Position numbers and translations under genes: made by a program. From contig JAOZQA010000001.1 of the NCBI GenBank assembly GCA_029932465.1, positions 2,953-66,952 on the forward strand: a DNA stretch of 64,000 nt. Direction: 5' to 3'. The notes below the pieces were generated by a model, which was not told the DNA's origin, made no database searches, and saw nothing but the letters and a program-made list of their open reading frames with translations. The DNA comes from Thermoplasmatota archaeon. GTDB lineage: Archaea; Thermoplasmatota; Penumbrarchaeia; Penumbrarchaeales; EX4484-36. Within the stretch, counting starts at the first letter, position 1. Each line of letters begins with the position of its first letter. Of the stretch, positions 27,674 to 35,807 are shown piece after piece.

Positions 27674-30259
27674 ATGGCAAGAGTTATCGGAATAGACCTC
27701 GGAACGACAAATTCTGCGATGGCGGTTCTAGAAGGCGGAGAGCCCATGATCATACCAAACGCGGAGGGGGAGAGGACAACCCCCTCGGTGGTTGCCTTTA
27801 CTGAGGATGGTGAGGTTATCGTGGGGAGGCTTGCAAAACAGCAAGCAATAGCAAACCCAGAGAGGACCATAGCCTCTATCAAAAGAAAAATGGGTTCAAC
27901 CTACAGGGTTCGGATTGATGATAAGGAGTACACTCCTCAGGAGATATCCGCTTTCATCCTGCGAAAGCTAAAACGTGATGCTGAGGAGTATCTGGGTGAG
28001 AGAATAACTAAGGCCGTTATAACAGTACCTGCTTATTTCGAAGACCCGCAGAGGCAGGCCACCAAGGATGCCGGCAGGATTGCAGGCCTTGACGTGTTGA
28101 GAATAATCAACGAACCCACCGCCGCCGCCCTGGCGTACGGTCTGGATAAAATGGACGAGGAGCTCACAGTCCTTGTGTTTGACCTTGGCGGGGGGACGTT
28201 TGACGTATCCATACTTGAGATAGGAAACGGGCTCTTCGAAGTCAAAGCAACCTCCGGGAACAATCACCTAGGAGGGGATGATTTCGACAGGAGGATCATG
28301 GACTGGCTGATAGACAGATTTGAGGAGAGATACGGTGTAGACCTCTCCCAGGATCGTATTGCAATGCAGAGATTGAAGGACGCTGCGGAGAAGGCCAAGA
28401 TTGAGCTCTCCACGAAACTCAGCACTGTCATCTCGCTGCCTTACATCTGGGTGGATGAGACCGGTCCCAAACATCTGGAAGAGGAGTTGACCCGGAAACG
28501 CTTTGAGGCCATGACGGAGGATCTGATTGAAAAGACGATTGGGCCCACTAAGCGGGCACTCAAGGATGCTGGACTTAGACCATCGGACATAGACAAAATC
28601 CTTCTTGTTGGTGGAATGACCAGGATGCCCGCGGTCCAGAACTTCATACGAGAGTTCTTCAAGAAGAACCCTGAGAAGAAGATCAACCCCGATGAATGCG
28701 TAGCTATCGGTGCAGCTATCCAGGGCGGTGTTCTGACTGGGGAGGTAAAAGACGTTCTTCTGCTGGACGTGACACCCCTTTCGCTGGGTGTGGAGACCGT
28801 GGGTGGTCTGACCTCTAAGATTATTCCGAGAAATACCACCATACCAACCAGGAAGAGCCAGATATTTTCCACTGCCGAGGACAATCAGACCTCTGTGGAG
28901 ATACACGTGGTGCAGGGTGAGAGAGAGCTTGCGAAGGATAATAAATCCCTTGGAAAGTTCACCCTTGTTGGCATCCCACCGGCCCCCAGAGGCGTACCTC
29001 AGATAGAGGTTACCTTTGAGATAGACGCCGATGGAATACTCAACGTCTCCGCAAAAGACTTAGCCACCGGTAAAGAGCAGAAGATAAAGATACAGCCTTC
29101 TTCTGGCATTACGGAGGAGGACGTCAAAAGGATGATAGAAGATGCTGAGAGATACGCTGAGGAAGACAGAAAGAAGAGAAAACTGATAGAGCTCAAAAAT
29201 CAGGCAGATGCCCTCATATATCATACGGAGAAGAGCATAAAAGAACTGGAAGACAAACTGGATAGAGACAAGCTTAGAGAGGTCAAGAAAATAATAAAAG
29301 AAACCCGGGCTGCCATGGAGGGGACTAGCGTTAAGAAGCTGAAAGCTGCCATAGAGAAGCTCAATGACGCGTCCAAGGACCTCTTTGTGGGCGTATGGGG
29401 ACGGGTGGCTGAAGAAGAATATGAGCCTGTTACTGTGAAATGTCCGAAATGTACTAAGAAGTTCACTGTGACGAATCCAACAAGGCCCCTTAAGGTCACC
29501 TGCCCATATTGCGGTGCAACGGGCACAATAAGAACACCTCCTAAGAAAAAGAAGGTGGAGAAGAAGAAGGAAGAGAAGGCTCCAAAGAAGAAGGTGAAGG
29601 AAGAGGAGGTGGAGAAGCCGAAGAAACCAAAGAAACCGAAGAGGGAGGAGAAGGTAAGGGAGAAAGAGGAGATAATTACTCCTCCGCCACCCAAGAGACG
29701 GTACGAGGAGGAGGAAGAGGAGTACTATCCCAGAAGGCGGAGATATGAGGAGGAAGAGGAAGAAGAGTACTATCCACGAAGAGGGAGATACGAGGTGGAG
29801 AAGGAAGAGTTCAAACCGGAGGTCAGAGAAGAATACGGTTATGAGGAGAAGTATGAAGAGGAGGCCTATGGCGTTCCAATCGCTGAGTATGAAGAGGAAG
29901 AGGCACCTGCAGAAGAGGAGACGGCTATTGTAGAATGTCCGAAGTGTGGGGCAGAGATTGAAGTTCCTCTTACCGGTGCGGTGGAGAGGATTAGGTGTCC
30001 CGAGTGCGGCACCCGGGGTAGGGTGGACACCTCTCTTTTGATGGGTGAGGAGGAAGAAGAGGAGGAAGAAGAGGAGGAAGAGGAGGAGTACTATCCCAGA
30101 AGGAGGCGGTATGAAGAGGAGGAAGAAGAGGAAGAGGAGGAAGTGAAACCCACCATAGTGAGATGCAAGAAATGTGGCCATAGGTTCAAAGTCACATCCA
30201 GAAAGAGGCCTCTCAGAATCCGATGTCCCGAGTGCGGAGCAGAGGGTGTGCTGAAATAG
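27674..30259 (+). CDS. dnaK: DnaK (Hsp70) with ~290-aa C-terminal extension of three zinc ribbons and Glu-rich repeats
   Basis: [37 protein letters not shown], linker [13 protein letters not shown], substrate-binding domain and lid; then CPKC/CPYC, CPKC/CPEC, CKKC/CPEC. Confidence 0.96.
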   Translation: MARVIGIDLGTTNSAMAVLEGGEPMIIPNAEGERTTPSVVAFTEDGEVIVGRLAKQQAIANPERTIASIKRKMGSTYRVRIDDKEYTPQEISAFILRKLKRDAEEYLGERITKAVITVPAYFEDPQRQATKDAGRIAGLDVLRIINEPTAAALAYGLDKMDEELTVLVFDLGGGTFDVSILEIGNGLFEVKATSGNNHLGGDDFDRRIMDWLIDRFEERYGVDLSQDRIAMQRLKDAAEKAKIELSTKLSTVISLPYIWVDETGPKHLEEELTRKRFEAMTEDLIEKTIGPTKRALKDAGLRPSDIDKILLVGGMTRMPAVQNFIREFFKKNPEKKINPDECVAIGAAIQGGVLTGEVKDVLLLDVTPLSLGVETVGGLTSKIIPRNTTIPTRKSQIFSTAEDNQTSVEIHVVQGERELAKDNKSLGKFTLVGIPPAPRGVPQIEVTFEIDADGILNVSAKDLATGKEQKIKIQPSSGITEEDVKRMIEDAERYAEEDRKKRKLIELKNQADALIYHTEKSIKELEDKLDRDKLREVKKIIKETRAAMEGTSVKKLKAAIEKLNDASKDLFVGVWGRVAEEEYEPVTVKCPKCTKKFTVTNPTRPLKVTCPYCGATGTIRTPPKKKKVEKKKEEKAPKKKVKEEEVEKPKKPKKPKREEKVREKEEIITPPPPKRRYEEEEEEYYPRRRRYEEEEEEEYYPRRGRYEVEKEEFKPEVREEYGYEEKYEEEAYGVPIAEYEEEEAPAEEETAIVECPKCGAEIEVPLTGAVERIRCPECGTRGRVDTSLLMGEEEEEEEEEEEEEEYYPRRRRYEEEEEEEEEEVKPTIVRCKKCGHRFKVTSRKRPLRIRCPECGAEGVLK

Positions 30260-30299
30260 TTGGGGCCTTACAAGTTGAGAAGTTATCCGGTGATGGGCT

Positions 30300-31376
30300 T
30301 TGGAGAAGACATACTATGAGATACTGGGAGTTCCCGAAAGCGCTACAACAGAGGAGATAAAAAGGGCTTACCGGGAGCTTGCAATGAGACATCACCCCGA
30401 TAAGAACCCCGGGGACACTAGCGCAAACGACAGATTCAGAGAGATACGCCAGGCTTTTGAGGTTCTTGTTGACCCTGCAAGGAGGCAAAAATACGATAAC
30501 TATTTGAAGATGAAGAGGGAGGGACGCCTTCCCCACATGCAGTCCTCGAAGAGCGCGGAAGCGGTCTCCGCCAACGGTGGGACGTCTCAGAAAGTACCAG
30601 TTCAACGCCCGGGCTTTCCCCCCAGGCGAGGCAAAGATGTGGATTACGAACTTACCATATCTTTTAAAGAATCATACTTCGGCACAGAGAAGACCATAAA
30701 GGTTTCTGTTCCCGGCCCCTGCAGGGTCTGCAACGGTACAGGCTATGACCTCTCATCCTTCGTTGTATGCCCCACCTGTTTCGGGGCCGGATACGTTATC
30801 CAGACCGTGCAGACTGCCTCTGGGGTTCAGAACAAGACAATCACCTGCCCCACGTGTCGGGGCATGGGGGGAAACTACCTAAGAAAGTGTGCTAGATGTA
30901 AAGGAACGGCCACAGATATGTATCTTGAGAAGATAAAGGTGAAGATCCCTGCTGGAGTGGAGAATGGTGCGATCATCAAACTGACCAACAAAGGGGGTTA
31001 CGGCTACTTTGGGGGCCCCCGAGGAGACCTTAACCTTAAAATGAAGGTTGAGAAGGATGAGGAGTTCTGGAGGGTCGGGAACAACCTCCACACAAAGATA
31101 GTAATCTCCTTCGTCAAGGCCATACTGGGGGGGAGGGCGAAGGTAAAAACCCTGAAGGGGGTAGAGACAATACCCGTGCCGGAGTTCAGCACACTGGGCA
31201 CAGAGCTCATAGTGGAGGGGGAGGGATTTCCGGATCCGGTAACCGGTGAGCGGGGCGATCTGATAGTGGAGGTGAACATAGATATACCCGAAAACCTCTC
31301 AGATAAAGAGATAGAGATTATAGAGAAATTTGCAGAGATGGCGGGTATAGATCCTATGGACCCCGAGGTACTTTAA
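30300..31376 (+). CDS. dnaJ: DnaJ co-chaperone (J domain, four CxxCxGxG-type motifs, C-terminal domain)
   Basis: YYEILGV, HHPDKN, CRVCNGTG/CPTCFGAG/CPTCRGMG/CARCKGTA, KIPAGV, GDL; TTG start. Confidence 0.93.
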   Translation: MEKTYYEILGVPESATTEEIKRAYRELAMRHHPDKNPGDTSANDRFREIRQAFEVLVDPARRQKYDNYLKMKREGRLPHMQSSKSAEAVSANGGTSQKVPVQRPGFPPRRGKDVDYELTISFKESYFGTEKTIKVSVPGPCRVCNGTGYDLSSFVVCPTCFGAGYVIQTVQTASGVQNKTITCPTCRGMGGNYLRKCARCKGTATDMYLEKIKVKIPAGVENGAIIKLTNKGGYGYFGGPRGDLNLKMKVEKDEEFWRVGNNLHTKIVISFVKAILGGRAKVKTLKGVETIPVPEFSTLGTELIVEGEGFPDPVTGERGDLIVEVNIDIPENLSDKEIEIIEKFAEMAGIDPMDPEVL

Positions 31377-31395
31377 TGGGTTGAGGGGAGAGGTC

Positions 31396-32142
31396 ATGCT
31401 TTATCTCATTGGCGTGGGTCATGTATTCCCACTGCGGGAGAAGGTGCGAGAGCTAATCAAAGTTCTCGAGCCGGAGGCAGTATGTGTTGAGCTAGATCAG
31501 CTCAGATACAAAATGCTTCTTGAGAAAGAGCGGGGGGGGAGTCCCTTTCCGTTTAGCCTCCTCTCCAGGATGTACGACAGGGCCTCTGAGGTATATGGTG
31601 CTGAAGTTGGTGAGGAGATGCTAGGCGCTATTGAGGCTGCGAAGGAGCTGAAAATACCCTACTTTTTCATAGACGTGCCGGTTCAGAAAGAACTTCCCTC
31701 GGCCCTTAGAGAGCTCCCTTTGGGAGAGAGGGTTAAACTTGTTCTCTCCGCTTTCGCGGCCTCCCTTCTCCCTAGAAGCCTTCTTAAAAAAGCCACAGAT
31801 GAGGTTATGGAGGACCCTCAGAAACTTTCACAGGAGTTTGAAAAACACTACCCTGAGCTGAAAAAGATTCTTCTTGACAGCAGAGAGGACTACATGGCAA
31901 GAAGGCTCTCTTGGGTGCTGGGAAGATTCAGTAACGTGGTAGCTGTTGTGGGTGAGGGGCACTTAGAGGGGCTTCAGAGAAGGCTCCAGGGAACCGAGTT
32001 GAAGGTTGTGCATCTGAAGGAACTTATAAATAGGGGGATGGAAGATATTTTGAAAATGGGCGGAAATGGGGTGGCAGAGCGGGTGGAAGGAGTAAAGATT
32101 CAATTTGTGGTGAAGGAGAACCCCTGGGAGGAGATATATTGA
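31396..32142 (+). CDS. TraB/PrgY/GumN family protein
   Basis: LIGVGHV, VCVELD, GEEMLGAI, FID, R..YMA..L, VVAVVGEGHLEG; start ATG 31396. Confidence 0.8.
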   Translation: MLYLIGVGHVFPLREKVRELIKVLEPEAVCVELDQLRYKMLLEKERGGSPFPFSLLSRMYDRASEVYGAEVGEEMLGAIEAAKELKIPYFFIDVPVQKELPSALRELPLGERVKLVLSAFAASLLPRSLLKKATDEVMEDPQKLSQEFEKHYPELKKILLDSREDYMARRLSWVLGRFSNVVAVVGEGHLEGLQRRLQGTELKVVHLKELINRGMEDILKMGGNGVAERVEGVKIQFVVKENPWEEIY

Positions 32143-33332
32143 AGAGCTTATACGGATGGCTTGTTATCACGGTGGCCTCCATACTTTCCATCAATTCGGT
32201 TATTACTGGTGTCTCTCTTATAAGCGCTGTAAAAACCTTACAGGCGGGGAAGGGGGAAGGTGATGTGAAAGGTACTGTGGTGGATTATGAAGACCACCCC
32301 CTTGAGGGTGCTTACGTCTGGATTGAGAAGGGGGGTGTCCATACATGGAGCGGCAAGGAGGGCAATTTCACCTTGAAGAACGTTGGGACAGGCATTTATA
32401 CTATCAACTTCTGGAAACTCGGTTTTGAGAGGGTTTCCATACCCATCTCTGTCTTTCCGGAGTCTATGGTTGGGAAGTGGGAGGGTTTGAACGAGCTGGG
32501 AGAAATAGCATTGAGAAGGGAATTTGATGTCAATGAGACCATGATCTCCACGGCAAATCTAACGATTATGGTAAACTATTCTTGGGACCTCAGGGACCTA
32601 TCATATACTCTTTCCACTCCTGCGGGTACCGCAGTTGGGGGAGGAGCCCTTGAAAACAACCTTACCCTTGCGGGCCTCACCCCTGGCACATACCTTCTTG
32701 GCCTCTCAGGTGACAACGTCACCCGCACCTACACCTTCTATCTGCCCCCGGAGGGAAAGGTGCTGAGGCTCGACTTTGAGGAAGAAAGCGGACGGAAGGA
32801 CCTGAGGTCCTTATCGACGCTCTCCATTATCGCCTCTGGGGAGAGAACACCTGAATGGATAGCTATAAACCTGACCGATATTTGCACCGGCTGGTCCTTT
32901 GAGGGAGTATTCAACATTACAGACTCTCTGACGATAACCGTCATGGAGGGTCTCTATAACCTCACAGTGGGCAGTCCCTACTCCGGAAGCACACTCTATA
33001 CGAACATCTCCACCCCTCATACCCTTGGGATAAACCTCACTTTCAGCCCAGTGGAGGAGAGGTCTGCATCAATGAGTGTGGCTGTGGCAATAGCAATATT
33101 TTACATCTTAATAGGTGTTTTCGGCGCCGTGGGAGCGGTACTTGTCTACATGAGAAAAAGGTTCCGCACCGCTCTTTTATCATTACTTCTCCTTATGTTC
33201 TCTCCCACACCCTCCGTATTCATCTGTTCCCTGGGTGTTCTTTTGGGGCTTGCGTCTATATTTATGCTCTACAGGATACGGGGAGAGTTTGAGGTGGGGG
33301 ACGTCAGCGGTTCTTCATCAGATGTGGTATAG
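32139..33332 (+). CDS. Membrane protein with carboxypeptidase-regulatory-like (prealbumin-fold) extracellular domains
   Basis: N-terminal TM, VKGTVVD...PLEGAYV...G.F.L..V..G.Y.I, many sequons, three C-terminal TM segments; TTGA overlap with TraB gene. Confidence 0.6.
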   Translation: MKSLYGWLVITVASILSINSVITGVSLISAVKTLQAGKGEGDVKGTVVDYEDHPLEGAYVWIEKGGVHTWSGKEGNFTLKNVGTGIYTINFWKLGFERVSIPISVFPESMVGKWEGLNELGEIALRREFDVNETMISTANLTIMVNYSWDLRDLSYTLSTPAGTAVGGGALENNLTLAGLTPGTYLLGLSGDNVTRTYTFYLPPEGKVLRLDFEEESGRKDLRSLSTLSIIASGERTPEWIAINLTDICTGWSFEGVFNITDSLTITVMEGLYNLTVGSPYSGSTLYTNISTPHTLGINLTFSPVEERSASMSVAVAIAIFYILIGVFGAVGAVLVYMRKRFRTALLSLLLLMFSPTPSVFICSLGVLLGLASIFMLYRIRGEFEVGDVSGSSSDVV

Positions 33333-33645
33333 GTTCTCCGAGGGAGGGTACATCTGCAGATAGATGCGTTTTCACCTCTGGAATCTCTCCCAGGCCTCTG
33401 GTTAAACCACTCTCTGCGCTTCTGCATGCAGCGGGCTTGATCGCAGAGATGGTGCACATCCCCGCTTTTTCAAAGACACAGTGGCCGTGCAGGAAGATGA
33501 GAGTCTTTTTTCCTCTCCGGTCTTTCCGCATGAACGAAACATCGTAGTAACCCATAAGCCGAATGCGGAAGGACTCCTCCTCAGTGATCACGATCTCTGG
33601 GCTCGAAACACCTTCCGAAAATGGACATAGCTCACTCATGTGCAT
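33304..33645 (-). pseudogene. Possible truncated YkgJ-like cysteine-cluster protein
   Basis: HCVF.....CTI..IKPAACR matches the C-terminal half of the YkgJ motif, but the N-terminal CxxCxxCC is absent. Confidence 0.35.
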
Positions 33646-33805
33646 CCCATCCCGGGAGAAAATCCTATGATAAACGAAGATTTAAATCTTTCTATGAAAT
33701 CCTCTTCTCTATCTTGGCATAAAGCTGTAGGGGACACCTTCCGCCAGAAAACTTTATGTATGGACTCCCAATTTAGTGTGAACTGCTAGGTAACAGGTGA
33801 CAGGC

Positions 33806-34234
33806 ATGGCAGAGCTGGAGGTTGCGAGGATAAAGAAGGGGCTCTTCAAAAGCGAAAAAGTATTCTTTGAGAACGTCTATGTTCACAGTACTCCAGAGGG
33901 TGAGGTGAGAGAGATAACAATGTATAGAGAGGGTAGTGAGGAGGATGAGGACACCAGGGTTGGCACCATAGAGTATGAGATCACTGGGGATACCGTAAGA
34001 ATACAGTCTATAAGTATGGAGAATTGGGAGGATTCTACTTACTCCAAGTTCTTCCTCAATTACTTCATAAAGAAAATGAAGGATCAGGGGAAGAAAAAAA
34101 TCATAGCTGAGATCTACGATGTTGACAACAAAACCCATGCCAAGTTAAATCTCTTCAGAGGAATGAAATTTAATGTGGACTCCACAGGAAACATGACTGG
34201 TTATCAGTCTTGGCTCCTGACACGAGAGCTTTAA
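33806..34234 (+). CDS. Hypothetical protein with GNAT-like secondary-structure pattern
   Basis: VGTIEYEI..DTVRIQSI, F..K.K.QG.K.I.AEI, LF..MKF; lacks the Q/RxxGxG acetyl-CoA motif. RBS AGGTGA. Confidence 0.5.
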   Translation: MAELEVARIKKGLFKSEKVFFENVYVHSTPEGEVREITMYREGSEEDEDTRVGTIEYEITGDTVRIQSISMENWEDSTYSKFFLNYFIKKMKDQGKKKIIAEIYDVDNKTHAKLNLFRGMKFNVDSTGNMTGYQSWLLTREL

Positions 34235-34246
34235 AGGGGCATTTTT

Positions 34247-34642
34247 ATGATACCTGGAATGGGAAGGGGACTGAACCCCCGGCAGCTTAAAATGCTCATG
34301 AAAAGGCTTGGAATAGAGGTGGAAGAGCTTGAGGGGGTAAAGCGGGTTATCATCGTGAAGGAGGATTGCGAGCTCTACGTTGAGGATCCCTCTGTGACAA
34401 TCATGCGAACCCCCGAAGGGGAGACCATACAGGTTGCCGGAAAATTAAAAGAGATGCCTTTAGGGAGCAGAGAGGATGCTGAAAAGGAGGGCAAGAGAGA
34501 AGGCGGTGTTGAGGTCCCGGAGGAGGACATCCAGCTTGTTATGGATCAGACCGGGGTGAGCAGGGAGAGAGCTATTGAGGCCCTGAAGGCAACCTCCGGG
34601 AGCCCGGCGGAGGCCATCTTGAAGATCATGGAAGAGGGGTAA
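34247..34642 (+). CDS. nac: Nascent polypeptide-associated complex protein (archaeal NAC)
   Basis: NPRQLKMLMKRLGI, V..VII, C-terminal UBA-like EDIQLVMDQTGVSRE.A..AL....G.PAEAI. Confidence 0.92.
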   Translation: MIPGMGRGLNPRQLKMLMKRLGIEVEELEGVKRVIIVKEDCELYVEDPSVTIMRTPEGETIQVAGKLKEMPLGSREDAEKEGKREGGVEVPEEDIQLVMDQTGVSRERAIEALKATSGSPAEAILKIMEEG

Positions 34643-34682
34643 AGAAAGCTTTATTAAAAACAAAAATATAAGCCACCTCCGT

Positions 34683-34756
34683 GGGCCCGTGGTCTAGCTG
34701 GTTATGACGTCGCCCTCACACGGCGGAGGTCGCCGGTTCGAACCCGGCCGGGCCCA
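34683..34756 (+). tRNA. tRNA-Val(CAC), CCA not encoded
   Basis: GGGCCCG...TCGCC-CTCACAC-GGCGG-AGGTC-GCCGG-TTCGAAC-CCGGC-CGGGCCC-A followed by CCT. Confidence 0.96.
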
Positions 34757-34980
34757 CCTTTAATAATTTTGTGGTCAGCGGATATTAACGTGGCCGGGTT
34801 CGAACCGAAGGTCTTCCGCACTTGCAGAGAAAAGGAATTAACGAAGGAAGTGCGGAGGCAAGGTGAAAACGGTCTAAAGAGGATGAAATGAGGAGTTTTC
34901 ACCGTGTCGAACCCGGCCGGGCCCACCTTTAATAATTTTGTGGTCAGCGGATATTAACGTGGCCGGGTTCGAACCGAAGG
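34738..34980 (+). repeat. Perfect 74-bp direct repeat (tRNA-Val 3' end + trailer) flanking a 95-bp insert
   Basis: 34738-34811 and 34907-34980 read identically base by base; the repeat starts inside the T-loop. Confidence 0.92.
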
Positions 34981-35071
34981 GCCCGGGTGTTTTCTGAGAG
35001 GTCTATCTACGGACAAAAAGTTACGGGTCAAAGGTTGCTTTTTTATCTGTCCTCTTATTCTTGGTATAAAT

Positions 35072-35797
35072 ATGCAGAGAAAACTTGGAATTATAGGGGG
35101 TACGAACCTTTACAGGCTGGGGGGTGAGGGGGAACTTTTGGAGGTGGCGGAAACTACCCCTTATGGAATCCCATCCTCCCCCGTACAGACCCTTGATGTA
35201 AAGGGATATGAGGTGCCAGTGATTATAAGGCATGGGCTGGAACACAACATTCCCCCCCACAGAGTGAACCACCCAGCTAACCTTCACACTCTGAAGGATG
35301 CTGGTGTAACACATGTGCTGGGGATATCTTCCACAGGGAGCCTCCGGACTGAAATAAGGCCTCCTCGGGTCCTCATACCTGAGGATTTCTTCTCCCCGTT
35401 TGTTGTCCCCACCATATACAACGATACGATAGTCCATGTAACACCGGAACTTGACGAGCAGTTAAGGGAATATCTGAGGGAAGCTGCTGAGAGGACTGGT
35501 GTTGATGTGTACTACGGTGGGGTTTACGTCCAGAGCACTGGGCCGAGGCTTGAGAGCAAGGCGGAGATAAGGGTGATGAAAGAGTGGGGCCACGTGGTCG
35601 GGATGTCCATGGCATCCGAGGCCACGGTGGCCGTTGAGATGGGACTTAAATATGCATCTCTCTGCTCAGTTGACAATTACGCCCATGGGGTGGAGGGGGA
35701 GAAGCCGGACTACCAGAGCATTCTTGAGGCCGCAACCCGTAACTGGAGGTCCATAGAGGCCATTCTCGAGGCCCTTCTTGAGATATTCTACAGCTGA
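35072..35797 (+). CDS. Methylthioadenosine/methylthioinosine phosphorylase family (PNP/MTAP)
   Basis: GIIGGT, TPYG.PS, RHG..H.IPPH, STGSL, GPRLESKAE, VGMS, VDNYA. Confidence 0.9.
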   Translation: MQRKLGIIGGTNLYRLGGEGELLEVAETTPYGIPSSPVQTLDVKGYEVPVIIRHGLEHNIPPHRVNHPANLHTLKDAGVTHVLGISSTGSLRTEIRPPRVLIPEDFFSPFVVPTIYNDTIVHVTPELDEQLREYLREAAERTGVDVYYGGVYVQSTGPRLESKAEIRVMKEWGHVVGMSMASEATVAVEMGLKYASLCSVDNYAHGVEGEKPDYQSILEAATRNWRSIEAILEALLEIFYS

Positions 35798-35807
35798 GGT
35801 GAGGAGT

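Noticed and set aside
29060-30181. 373-aa hydrophobic ORF antisense to the dnaK tail
   Set aside because: Leu/Phe/Ser richness is the mirror of GAA/GAG/AAG codons on the sense strand; shadow ORF.
34738-34980. Repeat-spacer-repeat as a CRISPR array
   Set aside because: Only two copies, 74 bp long, tRNA-derived, 95-bp spacer, no cas genes.
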